Below, piece by piece: positions 10,587 to 21,417 of a stretch of 64,000 nucleotides of DNA (position 1 is the stretch's first letter; each line of letters opens with the position of its first letter). The notes under the pieces are model-generated. The model did not search any database. It was not told the origin of the DNA and worked only from the letters and a program-made list of their open reading frames with translations. The DNA is from an uncultured Bacilli bacterium (GTDB taxonomy: Bacteria; Bacillota_I; Bacilli_A; RF39; UBA660). The stretch lies in the NCBI GenBank assembly GCA_947627915.1, contig CANQXT010000001.1, forward strand, positions 2,231 through 66,230, in the 5' to 3' direction. The position numbers and the translations under genes were made by a program.

Positions 10587-11762
10587 CTACTTCTTTCTTA
10601 CTAACTTACTTGGATTTATATCATCATTTTCCCATTTGTTACATAAATCCAAATAATTATCAATCACTGCCATTTTTTCTTTTTCAATATTATGTAGTTT
10701 CTTTTTTCTTTTTTCAGCATATTGTTCATAATTAAAATTTAAAACACTATTTAATTTATTTTTTAATTGTTCTATAAAATTATTATCTTCTGGTTTAGCA
10801 TATTTAATAATATTATAGAATTCAAAACAATAATAATTATATAATTTTTTATTATCATAAAGTTTATTTAATATTACATAATCTTTTCTATCATCTGAAA
10901 CATTATAAACAACATTTAAGAAAGAGATAATTTCATTGGAATAATTAAATCTTTTAGTAATATAAGTAATTAAATCAAAATCTTCCCGATTCACTTTTTT
11001 ATTAAGAAGCAATTTAACTAATTCATTTTTATTATGAATAGTTCCTTCATCATCAAATACTAAATTAAAATTATAAATACCATAGATAAAGAATTTAATA
11101 TCATCATCAATATCTTTGTTACTATTAATTAATATATTGAAAAACTGATTTAAATCATCTAAATCTTCTTTCGATTTAACTAGAGATTTTAAAAATTCGC
11201 CAATTAAATCTAAAATATTAGGATTACTTGTTAAATCAAGTTTCTTAACAAAGTTTTTAAAAGTCGCATATTCAATTTTAGAACTTAATTTTTCAAAATA
11301 TATTTGAAAAAATCCACCAATATAATCAGCACAAATATCACTTTTAGCATTATATATTTTCGAAATACATTCTTGGATTAAATCTAAAGATACATCTTTT
11401 TTAAAAGAAGTATTATTAATAAACATATATACATATTTACTAGGTTTATCAATATATTCTTGTGCTAAAATTATATTATAATCATTATTTCTTAATTCTT
11501 TTCTTATAAGTATATCCGCAACATTACTTTTTATTTCTTTATTAGAACACTTTATATATATATCCAAAGCTGTAAAAACATGTTCTTGCACTGGAATAGT
11601 TAAAATAATTCGAATTTTATTATCTAAATCTTCTTTATCTTTTGCTCCATTAATATAATTTAATAATATTTCATCTGATAATAATAGTTCATTAATAATA
11701 GATAAATCAATATTATTATCTTGTAATATTTTAATTGTTTCTTTTAAATATTTACCTAACAT
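10587..11762 (-). CDS. Hypothetical all-helical cytoplasmic protein, paralog A of a tandem pair
   Basis: 391 aa. N-terminus (KILQDNNIDLSIINELLLSDEILLNYINGAKDKEDL) and C-terminal tail (DINPSKLVRKK) match the downstream neighbour. Confidence 0.5.
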   Translation of the reverse strand: MLGKYLKETIKILQDNNIDLSIINELLLSDEILLNYINGAKDKEDLDNKIRIILTIPVQEHVFTALDIYIKCSNKEIKSNVADILIRKELRNNDYNIILAQEYIDKPSKYVYMFINNTSFKKDVSLDLIQECISKIYNAKSDICADYIGGFFQIYFEKLSSKIEYATFKNFVKKLDLTSNPNILDLIGEFLKSLVKSKEDLDDLNQFFNILINSNKDIDDDIKFFIYGIYNFNLVFDDEGTIHNKNELVKLLLNKKVNREDFDLITYITKRFNYSNEIISFLNVVYNVSDDRKDYVILNKLYDNKKLYNYYCFEFYNIIKYAKPEDNNFIEQLKNKLNSVLNFNYEQYAEKRKKKLHNIEKEKMAVIDNYLDLCNKWENDDINPSKLVRKK

Positions 11763-11770
11763 ATATTCTC

Positions 11771-12973
11771 CTACTTCTTTCTTACTAATTTACTTGGATT
11801 TATTTCATTATCAGCTTCTTTATCACATATATTTATATACTCATCTAATGTTTTATTTCTTTTTTTAGTTGCTTTATCTATTTTTTCATTTTTCTTTACT
11901 GACGTTTTATTGTTATATAAAGAACTTTTAAAATGGAAAAAATCATATAATTTAGCTACAATATGTTCGGGAATATTATCATTCGTGTCATTTAAATATT
12001 TACAATAATCATTAAAATAATAATTATATTTTTCATCTTTTAAAACTTTATTTAAGAATTCATAATCTTGTTCTGTACAATTAAAATGATAAAGAAGTTT
12101 TATTATTGATACTATTTCATCAGCAAAATTATAATATCTAGTAGAAGATAAAATTATATGAATATCTTCATCATTAACTTTTTCACTAGTAATTATTTTT
12201 AATATTTCATTTTTATTCTCTACATCAACTAAACTATTATCAAATACTAAATTAAGAACATAAATATTCTTAATCTTTGCCTTTAATTTATCATCTATTA
12301 CTTTTTGACTATTAAGTAATATATTATATATTTGTGATAAATTATCTAATGATTCTAAAGAATTAATTGCTGATTGTAAAAAATCATTTATAAGTTCTAA
12401 AATATTTTCGTTATTAGTTAATTCATAACTATTTATAAATTTTTTAAATACGGAATATTCAATTATATTAGCTAACTTATAAATATAAATAATTAAAGCT
12501 TGTTCTTTAGACTTAGCTAAAACATTATCTTTAGCATAATATATTTCATTAATACAATCCATTAATAAATTATAATCATCATTAAATTGGTTTAAATAAA
12601 TAGACTTATAAAAAGCATAATTTGTAATAAATTTATAAACATATTTAGATGATTTATTGATATATACTTTAGCTAAAGAAATATTATAACCAGCTTGAAT
12701 TAATTCTTTATTAGTTAATATTTCTGTTATATTATCTTTTATTTTTTTATTAGTACAATTTAAATAAACATTAAGAACATCGTTTGTATCATCTACATTT
12801 GGATAATTTGTTAATATAATTTTTATAATATTATTTAAATCTTGTTCATTTTTAGCAAGATTAATTTTATTTAATAATCTTTCATCTAATAATAATAAAT
12901 CATTAATCGTATCTAAATCAATATTATTATCTTGTAATTTTTTGATAATTATTTTTAAGTCACTACCTGTCAT
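11771..12973 (-). CDS. Hypothetical all-helical cytoplasmic protein, paralog B of a tandem pair
   Basis: 400 aa. IIKKLQDNNIDLDTINDLLLLDERLLNKINLAKNEQDL at the N-terminus and EINPSKLVRKK at the C-terminus. Clear paralogy to 10587..11762. Confidence 0.5.
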   Translation of the reverse strand: MTGSDLKIIIKKLQDNNIDLDTINDLLLLDERLLNKINLAKNEQDLNNIIKIILTNYPNVDDTNDVLNVYLNCTNKKIKDNITEILTNKELIQAGYNISLAKVYINKSSKYVYKFITNYAFYKSIYLNQFNDDYNLLMDCINEIYYAKDNVLAKSKEQALIIYIYKLANIIEYSVFKKFINSYELTNNENILELINDFLQSAINSLESLDNLSQIYNILLNSQKVIDDKLKAKIKNIYVLNLVFDNSLVDVENKNEILKIITSEKVNDEDIHIILSSTRYYNFADEIVSIIKLLYHFNCTEQDYEFLNKVLKDEKYNYYFNDYCKYLNDTNDNIPEHIVAKLYDFFHFKSSLYNNKTSVKKNEKIDKATKKRNKTLDEYINICDKEADNEINPSKLVRKK

Positions 12974-13045
12974 TTTACATTCCTTCCACGTTTATTTATT
13001 ATAGTATAAAAAATATATACATTCAACAAAAAATGATATTAATTT

Positions 13046-15469
13046 TTAATCAATATCATTTCTAGCTAAAATGGTTGCAGGAGTAAGTCTTACAATATTA
13101 TATACAGGTAATAAGCCCACTATTACATTAAAGATAAATATTAAAAGAATACTTAAAGAGATTGTCAAAATATTCACAATATAAAGACTGGAAAGTAAAG
13201 TTATTCCTTTTAAACAATATAATATATAACTCATAAATAATACACCAGGAATACTTGCTAAAGAAGTAATAGCAATTATTTCTCCCACAAACATTTTATA
13301 AATATCACTCTTTTTAAGACCAATTGCTCTATAAATACCAACTTCTTTTATTCTACTTAAGAAAGATGCTCTAATAATTAAGATAATTTCAATTAAAGAG
13401 ATAATTAAGATAACGAAAGATAAAGTTAAAGTATTTATTATAGAATCTTTTTTACTATTTAAATATTTTGTTTTATCATAATCGTATGCATCTTTAATAT
13501 TACGATTAATATTTTTAAAATAATTAATTGTTTTATCTTTATTTTGACTAGATATTGTTATTTCTTTACTGTCATTAATTAATTTATATTTAATAGTGTT
13601 ATTATTAACTAAATAATAATTAAAATCTGCTTCATAATAACCTTTTACTACTAAATTATGATTATTAATTTTTAAATCTAATTCTTTATCTAAAGGATAA
13701 ATATCTTTTAGAGATGAATTAATTATTACTTCATAATCATTAGTGGGATAATTTCCTTTAACTAATTTAATATCATCAAATAATTTATAATCTAAAATAC
13801 TTATATTATCATCAACTAATTCCCAATTACTTTTTGGATAACTATTACTAATTATATTTAGGAAATCTTTTTTAGGCATATATATATTTGGTTCATTTAA
13901 ATTAGTTATACCCACTATTAAATAAGAAAGATTATTTTTTAAAAATATTTTTTGATTTAAAAAATCATCTTCATTCATAAAACCAGACATTAATGAATTA
14001 TTATCTTTAATAAAACGATCTATAACTAATTTATCAACTACTACTTCGTTATTATTTATAGGCATTCTTCCTTTAAATAAATCATCTTCCTTTATAGTAG
14101 CAATATCGGATAAAGAAGAAGATAAAAGGCCTTCATAATTAGCTGTTTGTAAATATTTATCGTAGTGTAAAATAAAATTAATAATGGAATCACCTGGTAT
14201 TAAATAATTTATATTATCTAACTTTTCATAATTTAAATAATCATCGATAGTAATATTACTAGTTACATTTAAATAATCTTTATTAACAGTTATATATTCT
14301 TCTTCTTTAATATTAAGAGTAGCAAAAATACTAGAGATAGCATAGAAAATAAACATACCAGAAATAAAGAAACCTCCTAATAATAATTTCTTTAAAAAAG
14401 GATAACTAAATATTTTTTGAAAACCACTAGTAATATAAGAACCTAATTTAAAAATACTACTATATTTTAATTTTGTTTTATTACTAATTTCTTCGATATC
14501 AAAATCAATATCATTATCTATTTCTTCTATTTCTTGATAATGATCATTAATAAGTTCAATACTAGAGTTTTGATCAATAACTTCTATTTTATTTTGATTA
14601 TTATCTTCAATATAGATATTACCATTTTTGAAGACTAAATTAATATTAATATCATCATTATTATCTTTATAAATATTAATATGAAGATGATCTTTTTCGA
14701 TATTTAAAATATTAGGAAAATCTTTTAAATAAAATCTATTTTCTAATTTATAATTTAATTTTTTATTCTCTCTATTAGGATATGTTTTTTCAATTAGACC
14801 ATCTTTTAATTCAATGATATGTGTCGCATAAAATCTAGCTAATTCTTCTTCGTGAGTAACTAGAATAACTAAATAATTATTAGATAATTTTTTAATAATA
14901 TTCATTATTTCTAAACTATTTTTACTATCTAAGTTACCTGTAGGTTCATCAGCTAAAATAATAGATGGATTCTTAACGATTGCTCTGGCTATACCTACTC
15001 TTTGTTTTTCACCTCCAGAAAGCATACTTGCTGGTCTATTTTTATAACGGGCCATATTTACTTTTTCCAAAGTATACATAACTCTTTTTTTTATTTCTTC
15101 TTTATCTTTAATTCCAATTAATTTTAAGGAAATAGCAACATTATCAAAAACAGATAAGTTATCAATTAATTTATAATCTTGAAAAATATAACCAATCTTT
15201 AAATTTCTAATTTTATCTATTTGATTTACATTTCTTTTAGTAATTTTTTCTCCATCAATATAAATATTACCACTGGAAACTTTATCTAAACCACCAATTG
15301 TGTTTAAAAGAGTTGTTTTACCACATCCCGAAGGACCAAGGATAGCTACTAAACCAGTTTTATTAAAATCAATTGAGGTATTATTGATAACGTGAATTTG
15401 ATTCTTTTTATAACGATTAAAATATTTATTAACATTTTCTAACTTTATCATCTTATATCCTCTCTCCAT
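13046..15469 (-). CDS. Fused ABC transporter ATPase + FtsX/MacB-type permease
   Basis: 807 aa. N-terminal NBD (GPSGCGKTTLLN, LSGGEKQRVGIARA, ILADEPTGNLD), one TM helix, a large extracytoplasmic domain and a C-terminal FtsX-like 3-TM bundle. Overlaps the upstream partner by 17 nt. Confidence 0.8.
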   Translation of the reverse strand: MERGYKMIKLENVNKYFNRYKKNQIHVINNTSIDFNKTGLVAILGPSGCGKTTLLNTIGGLDKVSSGNIYIDGEKITKRNVNQIDKIRNLKIGYIFQDYKLIDNLSVFDNVAISLKLIGIKDKEEIKKRVMYTLEKVNMARYKNRPASMLSGGEKQRVGIARAIVKNPSIILADEPTGNLDSKNSLEIMNIIKKLSNNYLVILVTHEEELARFYATHIIELKDGLIEKTYPNRENKKLNYKLENRFYLKDFPNILNIEKDHLHINIYKDNNDDININLVFKNGNIYIEDNNQNKIEVIDQNSSIELINDHYQEIEEIDNDIDFDIEEISNKTKLKYSSIFKLGSYITSGFQKIFSYPFLKKLLLGGFFISGMFIFYAISSIFATLNIKEEEYITVNKDYLNVTSNITIDDYLNYEKLDNINYLIPGDSIINFILHYDKYLQTANYEGLLSSSLSDIATIKEDDLFKGRMPINNNEVVVDKLVIDRFIKDNNSLMSGFMNEDDFLNQKIFLKNNLSYLIVGITNLNEPNIYMPKKDFLNIISNSYPKSNWELVDDNISILDYKLFDDIKLVKGNYPTNDYEVIINSSLKDIYPLDKELDLKINNHNLVVKGYYEADFNYYLVNNNTIKYKLINDSKEITISSQNKDKTINYFKNINRNIKDAYDYDKTKYLNSKKDSIINTLTLSFVILIISLIEIILIIRASFLSRIKEVGIYRAIGLKKSDIYKMFVGEIIAITSLASIPGVLFMSYILYCLKGITLLSSLYIVNILTISLSILLIFIFNVIVGLLPVYNIVRLTPATILARNDID

Positions 15470-17630
15470 AATTTTTCATAATTGAATTTTTAAATACTTT
15501 TTTACCATATCTATTTGCTATTAAGATGGATAAAATAATTAAGATTAGATAAATAAGAAGATATTCTTTATACGTTAAATATTTTATCATCGTTTCTAAA
15601 TAAGTAAATTTAAGAAGATTATTATTAATTAAGATAACTAAAAAGATAAAAACTAAATAAGCAACATTAACAAAAGTTAATAATTCATTTCTTAATATTT
15701 TAATACAATCATTTTTATTACAACCTAAACTTCTTAAAGTTACATAATAATTATTTCTTGATTTATAAATTAATTTAATAACAAAATAACTAATAAAGAA
15801 AACAGTTATAAGTAAGATAATAGTAATAATTAATTTAAAAATTTTTAATATTTGCATTATTTGATTTAGATCATTTATTTTAGTATCTTTTAATTTTAAA
15901 GTATTATAACCCATATTATTTAATGTTTTAGCAACTTCATTAAGATCTTTATATTCTTTTATAAAAACAGATATTTGATAATTATCTTGATTACTATATA
16001 TTTTATTATAATCATTTTCATTTACAATAAAATAACTATTATTATCTTCATAATCACCATTTAGATAATTATTATAATTTTTCTTATTTAAAGTATTAAT
16101 ATTTGTAAAGATAACTTTATTTTGCTTATATATATTATGACTATTAATTTCTATTTCTTTATTATGACAATCATAATTAGAACAATATGCATTATAATTT
16201 TCACTTATATATATTTCACCATCTAATAACTTATTACTTACTAATATATCGGCATAATCAATTGGTTTATTATCAATCTTAATATCTAAATTAGTATATT
16301 CTCTATTAACATAAGGCATTATTTGGTTAATTAAATTATCATTAAAATAAAAGTTAGTTACATAAAAATCTAAATCATCTAAATAAAGAATACCAACAAT
16401 TTTAACATTTAAATCATAACTATCAAGACTAAATTCTTTATTTAATAATTCATCTTTTATATCATTTATATAATAATTATCTTTATTAGAAATTAAAACT
16501 ATCTCATTATTATTTTTAGGTAAATTACCAATATCTACTCGATCTATCTTTTTTAAATATAAAGTACCATCTAAATAAATATTTTTATTATTTAAATAGA
16601 AATATTGATCATTTAAAACATCATTTTGGACTATATAATCTATTAAAGAAATATTTTCTATTTTAGATATGTCTTCTTCATTAAAAGAACTATTATCTTT
16701 TTTCTTTAAAATAATTCTTTTATCAGTAGTATTATAAAAATATTGATTAATTCCATATAAAGATTCAGTATTTTCACTATCTTCTATTCCACCATAATTA
16801 CTAACCAAAGTTAAAATAATAAAACAAAAGATAAAAAACATTAACATAAATTTAACTGGTAAATTAAAAGTATTTCGAATACCTAATTTTAATTTAGCAA
16901 GCATACTAATTTTTTGGGCACTTTTTTCTTGTAATGAAGCATCTAAATTAATTTTTTGGATAACTCTATTTTCAAGTATTTTTCCATCATGCATCCGAAT
17001 TAATCTAGTCGCATATTCCATAATTTCATTTTGATTATGAGTTACCACAATTACTAATTTATCTTTGGAAATATTAGCTAAAAGTTCTAAGATACTTTTA
17101 GATGATTTACTATCTAAAGATCCAGTTGGTTCATCACATACAATAATTGGCGTATCATATGCTAAAGCTCTAGCAATAGCTACTCTTTGTTTTTGACCAC
17201 CTGATAATTTAGAAACTTTAGTCTTTTTATATTTTGTTAAATTGACTTTCTTTATTAAATCATTTACTTTATCTTTAATATCTTTTTTCTTACTACCATT
17301 CATAAGCATTGCAAGTTCAATATTTTGATAAACAGTATAACTATTAACTAAATTAAAATTTTGAAAAATATTACTAACATATTTTTGACGATATTCTAAA
17401 TACTCTTTTTCCGTATAATGGCTTGTTTCTTCTCCATTAATATACATTTCTCCTTCTTCATAAGTATCAAGACCAGATAAAACGTTTAAAAGAGTTGACT
17501 TACCACTTCCCGATTCTCCTGTAATAACCACAAATTCACCTAAAAATAATTCTAAATTAATTTTAGTTATACCGGCAGCAATAACACCATCTTGATAATA
17601 ATATTTAGAAACATTCTTTAATTTTAACAT
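15453..17630 (-). CDS. Fused ABC transporter ATPase + FtsX/MacB-type permease
   Basis: 725 aa. GESGSGKSTLLN, LSGGQKQRVAIARA, IVCDEPTGSLD and C-terminal TM helices. Tandem with 13046..15469. Confidence 0.8.
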   Translation of the reverse strand: MLKLKNVSKYYYQDGVIAAGITKINLELFLGEFVVITGESGSGKSTLLNVLSGLDTYEEGEMYINGEETSHYTEKEYLEYRQKYVSNIFQNFNLVNSYTVYQNIELAMLMNGSKKKDIKDKVNDLIKKVNLTKYKKTKVSKLSGGQKQRVAIARALAYDTPIIVCDEPTGSLDSKSSKSILELLANISKDKLVIVVTHNQNEIMEYATRLIRMHDGKILENRVIQKINLDASLQEKSAQKISMLAKLKLGIRNTFNLPVKFMLMFFIFCFIILTLVSNYGGIEDSENTESLYGINQYFYNTTDKRIILKKKDNSSFNEEDISKIENISLIDYIVQNDVLNDQYFYLNNKNIYLDGTLYLKKIDRVDIGNLPKNNNEIVLISNKDNYYINDIKDELLNKEFSLDSYDLNVKIVGILYLDDLDFYVTNFYFNDNLINQIMPYVNREYTNLDIKIDNKPIDYADILVSNKLLDGEIYISENYNAYCSNYDCHNKEIEINSHNIYKQNKVIFTNINTLNKKNYNNYLNGDYEDNNSYFIVNENDYNKIYSNQDNYQISVFIKEYKDLNEVAKTLNNMGYNTLKLKDTKINDLNQIMQILKIFKLIITIILLITVFFISYFVIKLIYKSRNNYYVTLRSLGCNKNDCIKILRNELLTFVNVAYLVFIFLVILINNNLLKFTYLETMIKYLTYKEYLLIYLILIILSILIANRYGKKVFKNSIMKNYGERI

Positions 17631-17704
17631 ATTTAGACCTCTTTCATTTCTTAAGTTTTTATTTAATAATATTTTTATTTAAATAGCAATAACTTCGACA
17701 AAAC

Positions 17705-17721
17705 TTGTCAACATTTGACAA
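17705..17721. promoter_or_regulatory. Perfect inverted repeat TTGTCAA-cat-TTGACAA flanked by GACAAA direct repeats in the promoter region of the ABC operon
   Basis: Seen directly: ttgtcaa (17705-17711), cat, ttgacaa (17715-17721). gacaaa also occurs at 17696 and 17728. Lies in the 116-bp smc/ABC intergenic region. Confidence 0.3.
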
Positions 17722-17746
17722 AAAAAGACAAAGAAAATTTTTGCCT

Positions 17747-20680
17747 TTATTTAATATTTTCTAACTCAACCCCAACTACTTTACTAATACCAGCATTTTG
17801 CATTGTAATACCATATAATACATCAGCATATTCCATCATTCTTTTCTTATGCGTAATTAAAATATATTGACTATCTAATTTCTTTTTATTTAAGTATTCT
17901 CCAAATAAATCCACATTAGCTTCATCTAAAGCAGCTTCCACTTCATCTAAAACGATAAATGGAACCGTTGAAACATTTAAGATTGCAAATAATAAACAAA
18001 TGGCTGTTAAAGATTTTTCGCCCCCAGATAAACTTTGCGTATTATGAATTTTCTTGCCTGGAGGTATAACAATCATATCAATACCTGTATTTAAATAATC
18101 ATTAGGATCAGTTAAAACTAATTTACCAGTACCACCTTGAAACATTATTTTAAATACTTTACTAAATTCATCACTAACTTTAGTAAAGGTATCTTTAAAT
18201 TTTTCAACCATAATATTATCCATATCATTGATAATATTATGTAAATTTTGCATTGATATTTCTAAATCATTTTTTTGATTAACTAAAAATTCATATCTCG
18301 TATTAATTCTTTCATATTCACTAATACTACCAGTATTAACTTCTCCTAAAGATTTAATATCATTTTTTAATTTATTAACCATTTTTCTAGTTATATCACT
18401 ATCTATATCTAGATCATAATTATCTTTAGCATATTCATAAGTCATACTATATTCTTCATTTAAAGTAAGTAATAAACTATCTAATTTAACATTTAATTTA
18501 CCTACTTCCACACTCGTACTATTTAAAGAATTAGATATAATTTTATATTCACTATTAACTTTACTATTTTCTTTTTCTAAATTATCTAGTTCATTATTAT
18601 AATCATTTTTCTTTTCTTTCAGTGATTCAATATCATCTTCCATTTTTTCTTTTTCAATAGTAAGCTTATTCAATCTTTCCATAATATTATTTAAAGCATC
18701 ATCGATAACATTTTCTTTTAAATTAGATAAACCCATAATATCATTTCTAATAACATTTAATTTATTATCTAAATCATTAACATTATTTAATTTACTTTCT
18801 TTAGCAGTATTTAATTGAACTAATTCTAAATTAATATTATTTAAATTATTATTAATAATATTATAATCATTATCAATATTATTTAATTCTTCTTTAAGAT
18901 TATTGATTCTTTTTCTAACGTTATCTAATTTAGATTGACATTCTTCTAAATCTTTCTTTAAATTTATATTTGTATTTTTCTTATTAACTCCCCCACTTAT
19001 AATACCACCAGAATAAATAATACTACCATCTAAAGATACTACCCGATATTTATAATCAATTATTTTAGCTATATTATTCATATCATCAATATTTCTAACT
19101 ACTATAACATTACCTAATTGATTTTCCATAATATTTTTATAAATAGGATCGTAATTAATTAAATCAGATAAAATACCAACAAAACCACTATTACTTTTAA
19201 TTTTATTAAGAGTAAATTCATCAATATAACGTGACTTAATAATATTAAGAGGTAAAAATGTAGCTCGACCTATGTTTTTATCTCTTAAATAATTAATAGC
19301 TTCTTTAGCACAATTTTCATTATCTACAATAATAAAATTAGCGGATGAACTTAAGATAACATCACTAGCAGTTAAATATTCATTACTAATATTTACTAAA
19401 TTACCTATTGTATTATGAATACCTTTTAAACGATCATTATTTAAAATATTTTTAACACTTAATGGTAATTTTTCATTATTTAAAATATTACTTTCTAATA
19501 TATCTATTTTATTTTCCAAAATTAATTGTTCTTTATTTAAATCTTCTAAATCTTTATTATAAGTATTCTTTTTTAATAAAATATTTTTATATTCATTATT
19601 AATATTTGTACAATTAGTATTTTTTTCTTTAATTGTATTATTTAAAATATCTATTTCATTATTAATTATTTCGATTTCTTTAATTAAATTTAATTCTTCT
19701 TCTTTTAAATTAATTAAATTATTTTTTATTTTATCTTCACTATATTCATATTTTGTTCTTTCAATAGTAATTCTTTTTTCACTATCAAGTTTACTTATTT
19801 CTTCAGTTAAAGTAAGGATTTGTTTATTTTTCATACTTAACTGATCATCTATTTTATATATTTCTAATTTTAATTTTTCAATTGCGTCATTATTAACATT
19901 ATTTTGAATCGTTTCCAATTTATTTTTAAGTTCATCTTCTTTTGCTTTTAAATTATTATACTCGGTATTTAAAACTTGAATATCTTTTGTAATAAGAGCA
20001 ATCTCTTTATTCTTAAGTTCATCTTTAAATTCTAAATATTTCTTAGCAACACTGGCTTGTTCTTTTAAAGGTTTTAAACTTATTTCTAATTCATTTATAA
20101 CTAAATTAACACTATTTAAATTATCTTCCGTTTTTTCTAATTTACGAAGGGATTCTTCTTTTCGCTTTTTATATTTTAAAACTCTAGCGGCACTTTCAAA
20201 AATCCATCTTCTTTCTTGGGGTTTATAATTAACTAAATCGGTAACCGTACCTTGGGAAATAATATTATATGATTCTAAACCACCACTATCAATAAATAAT
20301 TCAGTTATATCTTTAAGTCTAACTTTGGTATTATTTAAATAATATTCATTTTCACCCGTTTTATAGACACATCTTTTTACTTCAATTTCATTAAATTCAC
20401 TATTTAAATATTTATCACTATTATCAAATGTTAAAGTTACGGAAGCTTTATTTAATGCTTCTTTATATTCCGAACCACTAAAGATAACATCACTCATATT
20501 ATCGCCACCACGTAAAGATTTAACTGATTGTTCTCCTAAAACCCAACGAATAGCATCAACAATATTACTTTTACCACTACCATTTGGTCCGACAATGGCT
20601 GTAATTCCTTTATTAAGTTCAAAAATTGTTTTATTGGCAAAAGATTTAAATCCTTCTAATCTAATACTTTTTAAATACAT
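17747..20680 (-). CDS. smc: Chromosome segregation protein SMC
   Basis: 977 aa. N-terminal Walker A (GPNGSGKSNIVDAIRWVLGEQS), long coiled coils, a hinge, a C-terminal signature (LSGGEKSLTAICLLFAIL) and D-loop (FIVLDEVEAALD). Confidence 0.9.
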   Translation of the reverse strand: MYLKSIRLEGFKSFANKTIFELNKGITAIVGPNGSGKSNIVDAIRWVLGEQSVKSLRGGDNMSDVIFSGSEYKEALNKASVTLTFDNSDKYLNSEFNEIEVKRCVYKTGENEYYLNNTKVRLKDITELFIDSGGLESYNIISQGTVTDLVNYKPQERRWIFESAARVLKYKKRKEESLRKLEKTEDNLNSVNLVINELEISLKPLKEQASVAKKYLEFKDELKNKEIALITKDIQVLNTEYNNLKAKEDELKNKLETIQNNVNNDAIEKLKLEIYKIDDQLSMKNKQILTLTEEISKLDSEKRITIERTKYEYSEDKIKNNLINLKEEELNLIKEIEIINNEIDILNNTIKEKNTNCTNINNEYKNILLKKNTYNKDLEDLNKEQLILENKIDILESNILNNEKLPLSVKNILNNDRLKGIHNTIGNLVNISNEYLTASDVILSSSANFIIVDNENCAKEAINYLRDKNIGRATFLPLNIIKSRYIDEFTLNKIKSNSGFVGILSDLINYDPIYKNIMENQLGNVIVVRNIDDMNNIAKIIDYKYRVVSLDGSIIYSGGIISGGVNKKNTNINLKKDLEECQSKLDNVRKRINNLKEELNNIDNDYNIINNNLNNINLELVQLNTAKESKLNNVNDLDNKLNVIRNDIMGLSNLKENVIDDALNNIMERLNKLTIEKEKMEDDIESLKEKKNDYNNELDNLEKENSKVNSEYKIISNSLNSTSVEVGKLNVKLDSLLLTLNEEYSMTYEYAKDNYDLDIDSDITRKMVNKLKNDIKSLGEVNTGSISEYERINTRYEFLVNQKNDLEISMQNLHNIINDMDNIMVEKFKDTFTKVSDEFSKVFKIMFQGGTGKLVLTDPNDYLNTGIDMIVIPPGKKIHNTQSLSGGEKSLTAICLLFAILNVSTVPFIVLDEVEAALDEANVDLFGEYLNKKKLDSQYILITHKKRMMEYADVLYGITMQNAGISKVVGVELENIK

Positions 20681-20689
20681 ACTTCACCT

Positions 20690-21340
20690 TTATTTAACAG
20701 ATTTTTTATATGCATCATAAGCTGCATTTTGTTCTGCTTCTTTCTTACTTTTACCAATACCCCGTCCTAATATAACATCATTTACTTTAACAACCATTTC
20801 AAAAGTTTTTTCGTGGTCTTTTCCATATTCATTAACTAAAACATAATCAAGTGATTTCTTATCTGTTTGCACAAATTCTTGTAACATTGATTTATAATCA
20901 CCAAAAAAGACAAAGTTTTTTTCAATATAAGGAACAATTATTTTGTATATATATTCTCTCGCAAAGTTCATTCCAAATGATAAATATATAGCTCCTAAAA
21001 CACTTTCAAAAGTATCCGCAATGATTGTATCATTTATATTATCTATTTGACCATGTCCTACTTTAATATATTTATCAATACCTATATCTTTAGCATAATG
21101 GGCAAGAGCTTGTTCACAAACAAAACTAGCTCTTTTTTTAGTCATTTCGCCTTCTTTATAATTAGTATTATTATAAAAATATTCACTAATAATAAACTCT
21201 AAGATTGCATCACCTAAATATTCTAATCTTTCATAATTATTAGTATTCTTATGTTCATTAGAATAACTACTATGCGTTAAAGCTTCAGTAAGTAATTTTT
21301 TATCTATTTTTTCTAAATTATATTTTTTTAAAAATTCCAT
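20690..21340 (-). CDS. rnc: Ribonuclease III
   Basis: 216 aa. ERLEYLGDAILEFIISEY catalytic signature and a C-terminal dsRBD (GKSKKEAEQNAAYDAYKK). The rnc-smc order is conserved. Confidence 0.9.
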   Translation of the reverse strand: MEFLKKYNLEKIDKKLLTEALTHSSYSNEHKNTNNYERLEYLGDAILEFIISEYFYNNTNYKEGEMTKKRASFVCEQALAHYAKDIGIDKYIKVGHGQIDNINDTIIADTFESVLGAIYLSFGMNFAREYIYKIIVPYIEKNFVFFGDYKSMLQEFVQTDKKSLDYVLVNEYGKDHEKTFEMVVKVNDVILGRGIGKSKKEAEQNAAYDAYKKSVK

Positions 21341-21371
21341 ATAATCACCATATTAAAATTATAACAAATAT

Positions 21372-21409
21372 TTAAATAAAAAAGAAGTATTATTTATTTT
21401 TAATACTTC
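21372..21409 (-). terminator. Rho-independent terminator downstream of the ylbL-like gene
   Basis: 9-bp stem gaagtatta (21384-21392) / taatacttc (21401-21409). An A-run on the plus strand gives a U-run after the hairpin on the minus transcript. Confidence 0.5.
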
Positions 21410-21417
21410 CTCTACTA

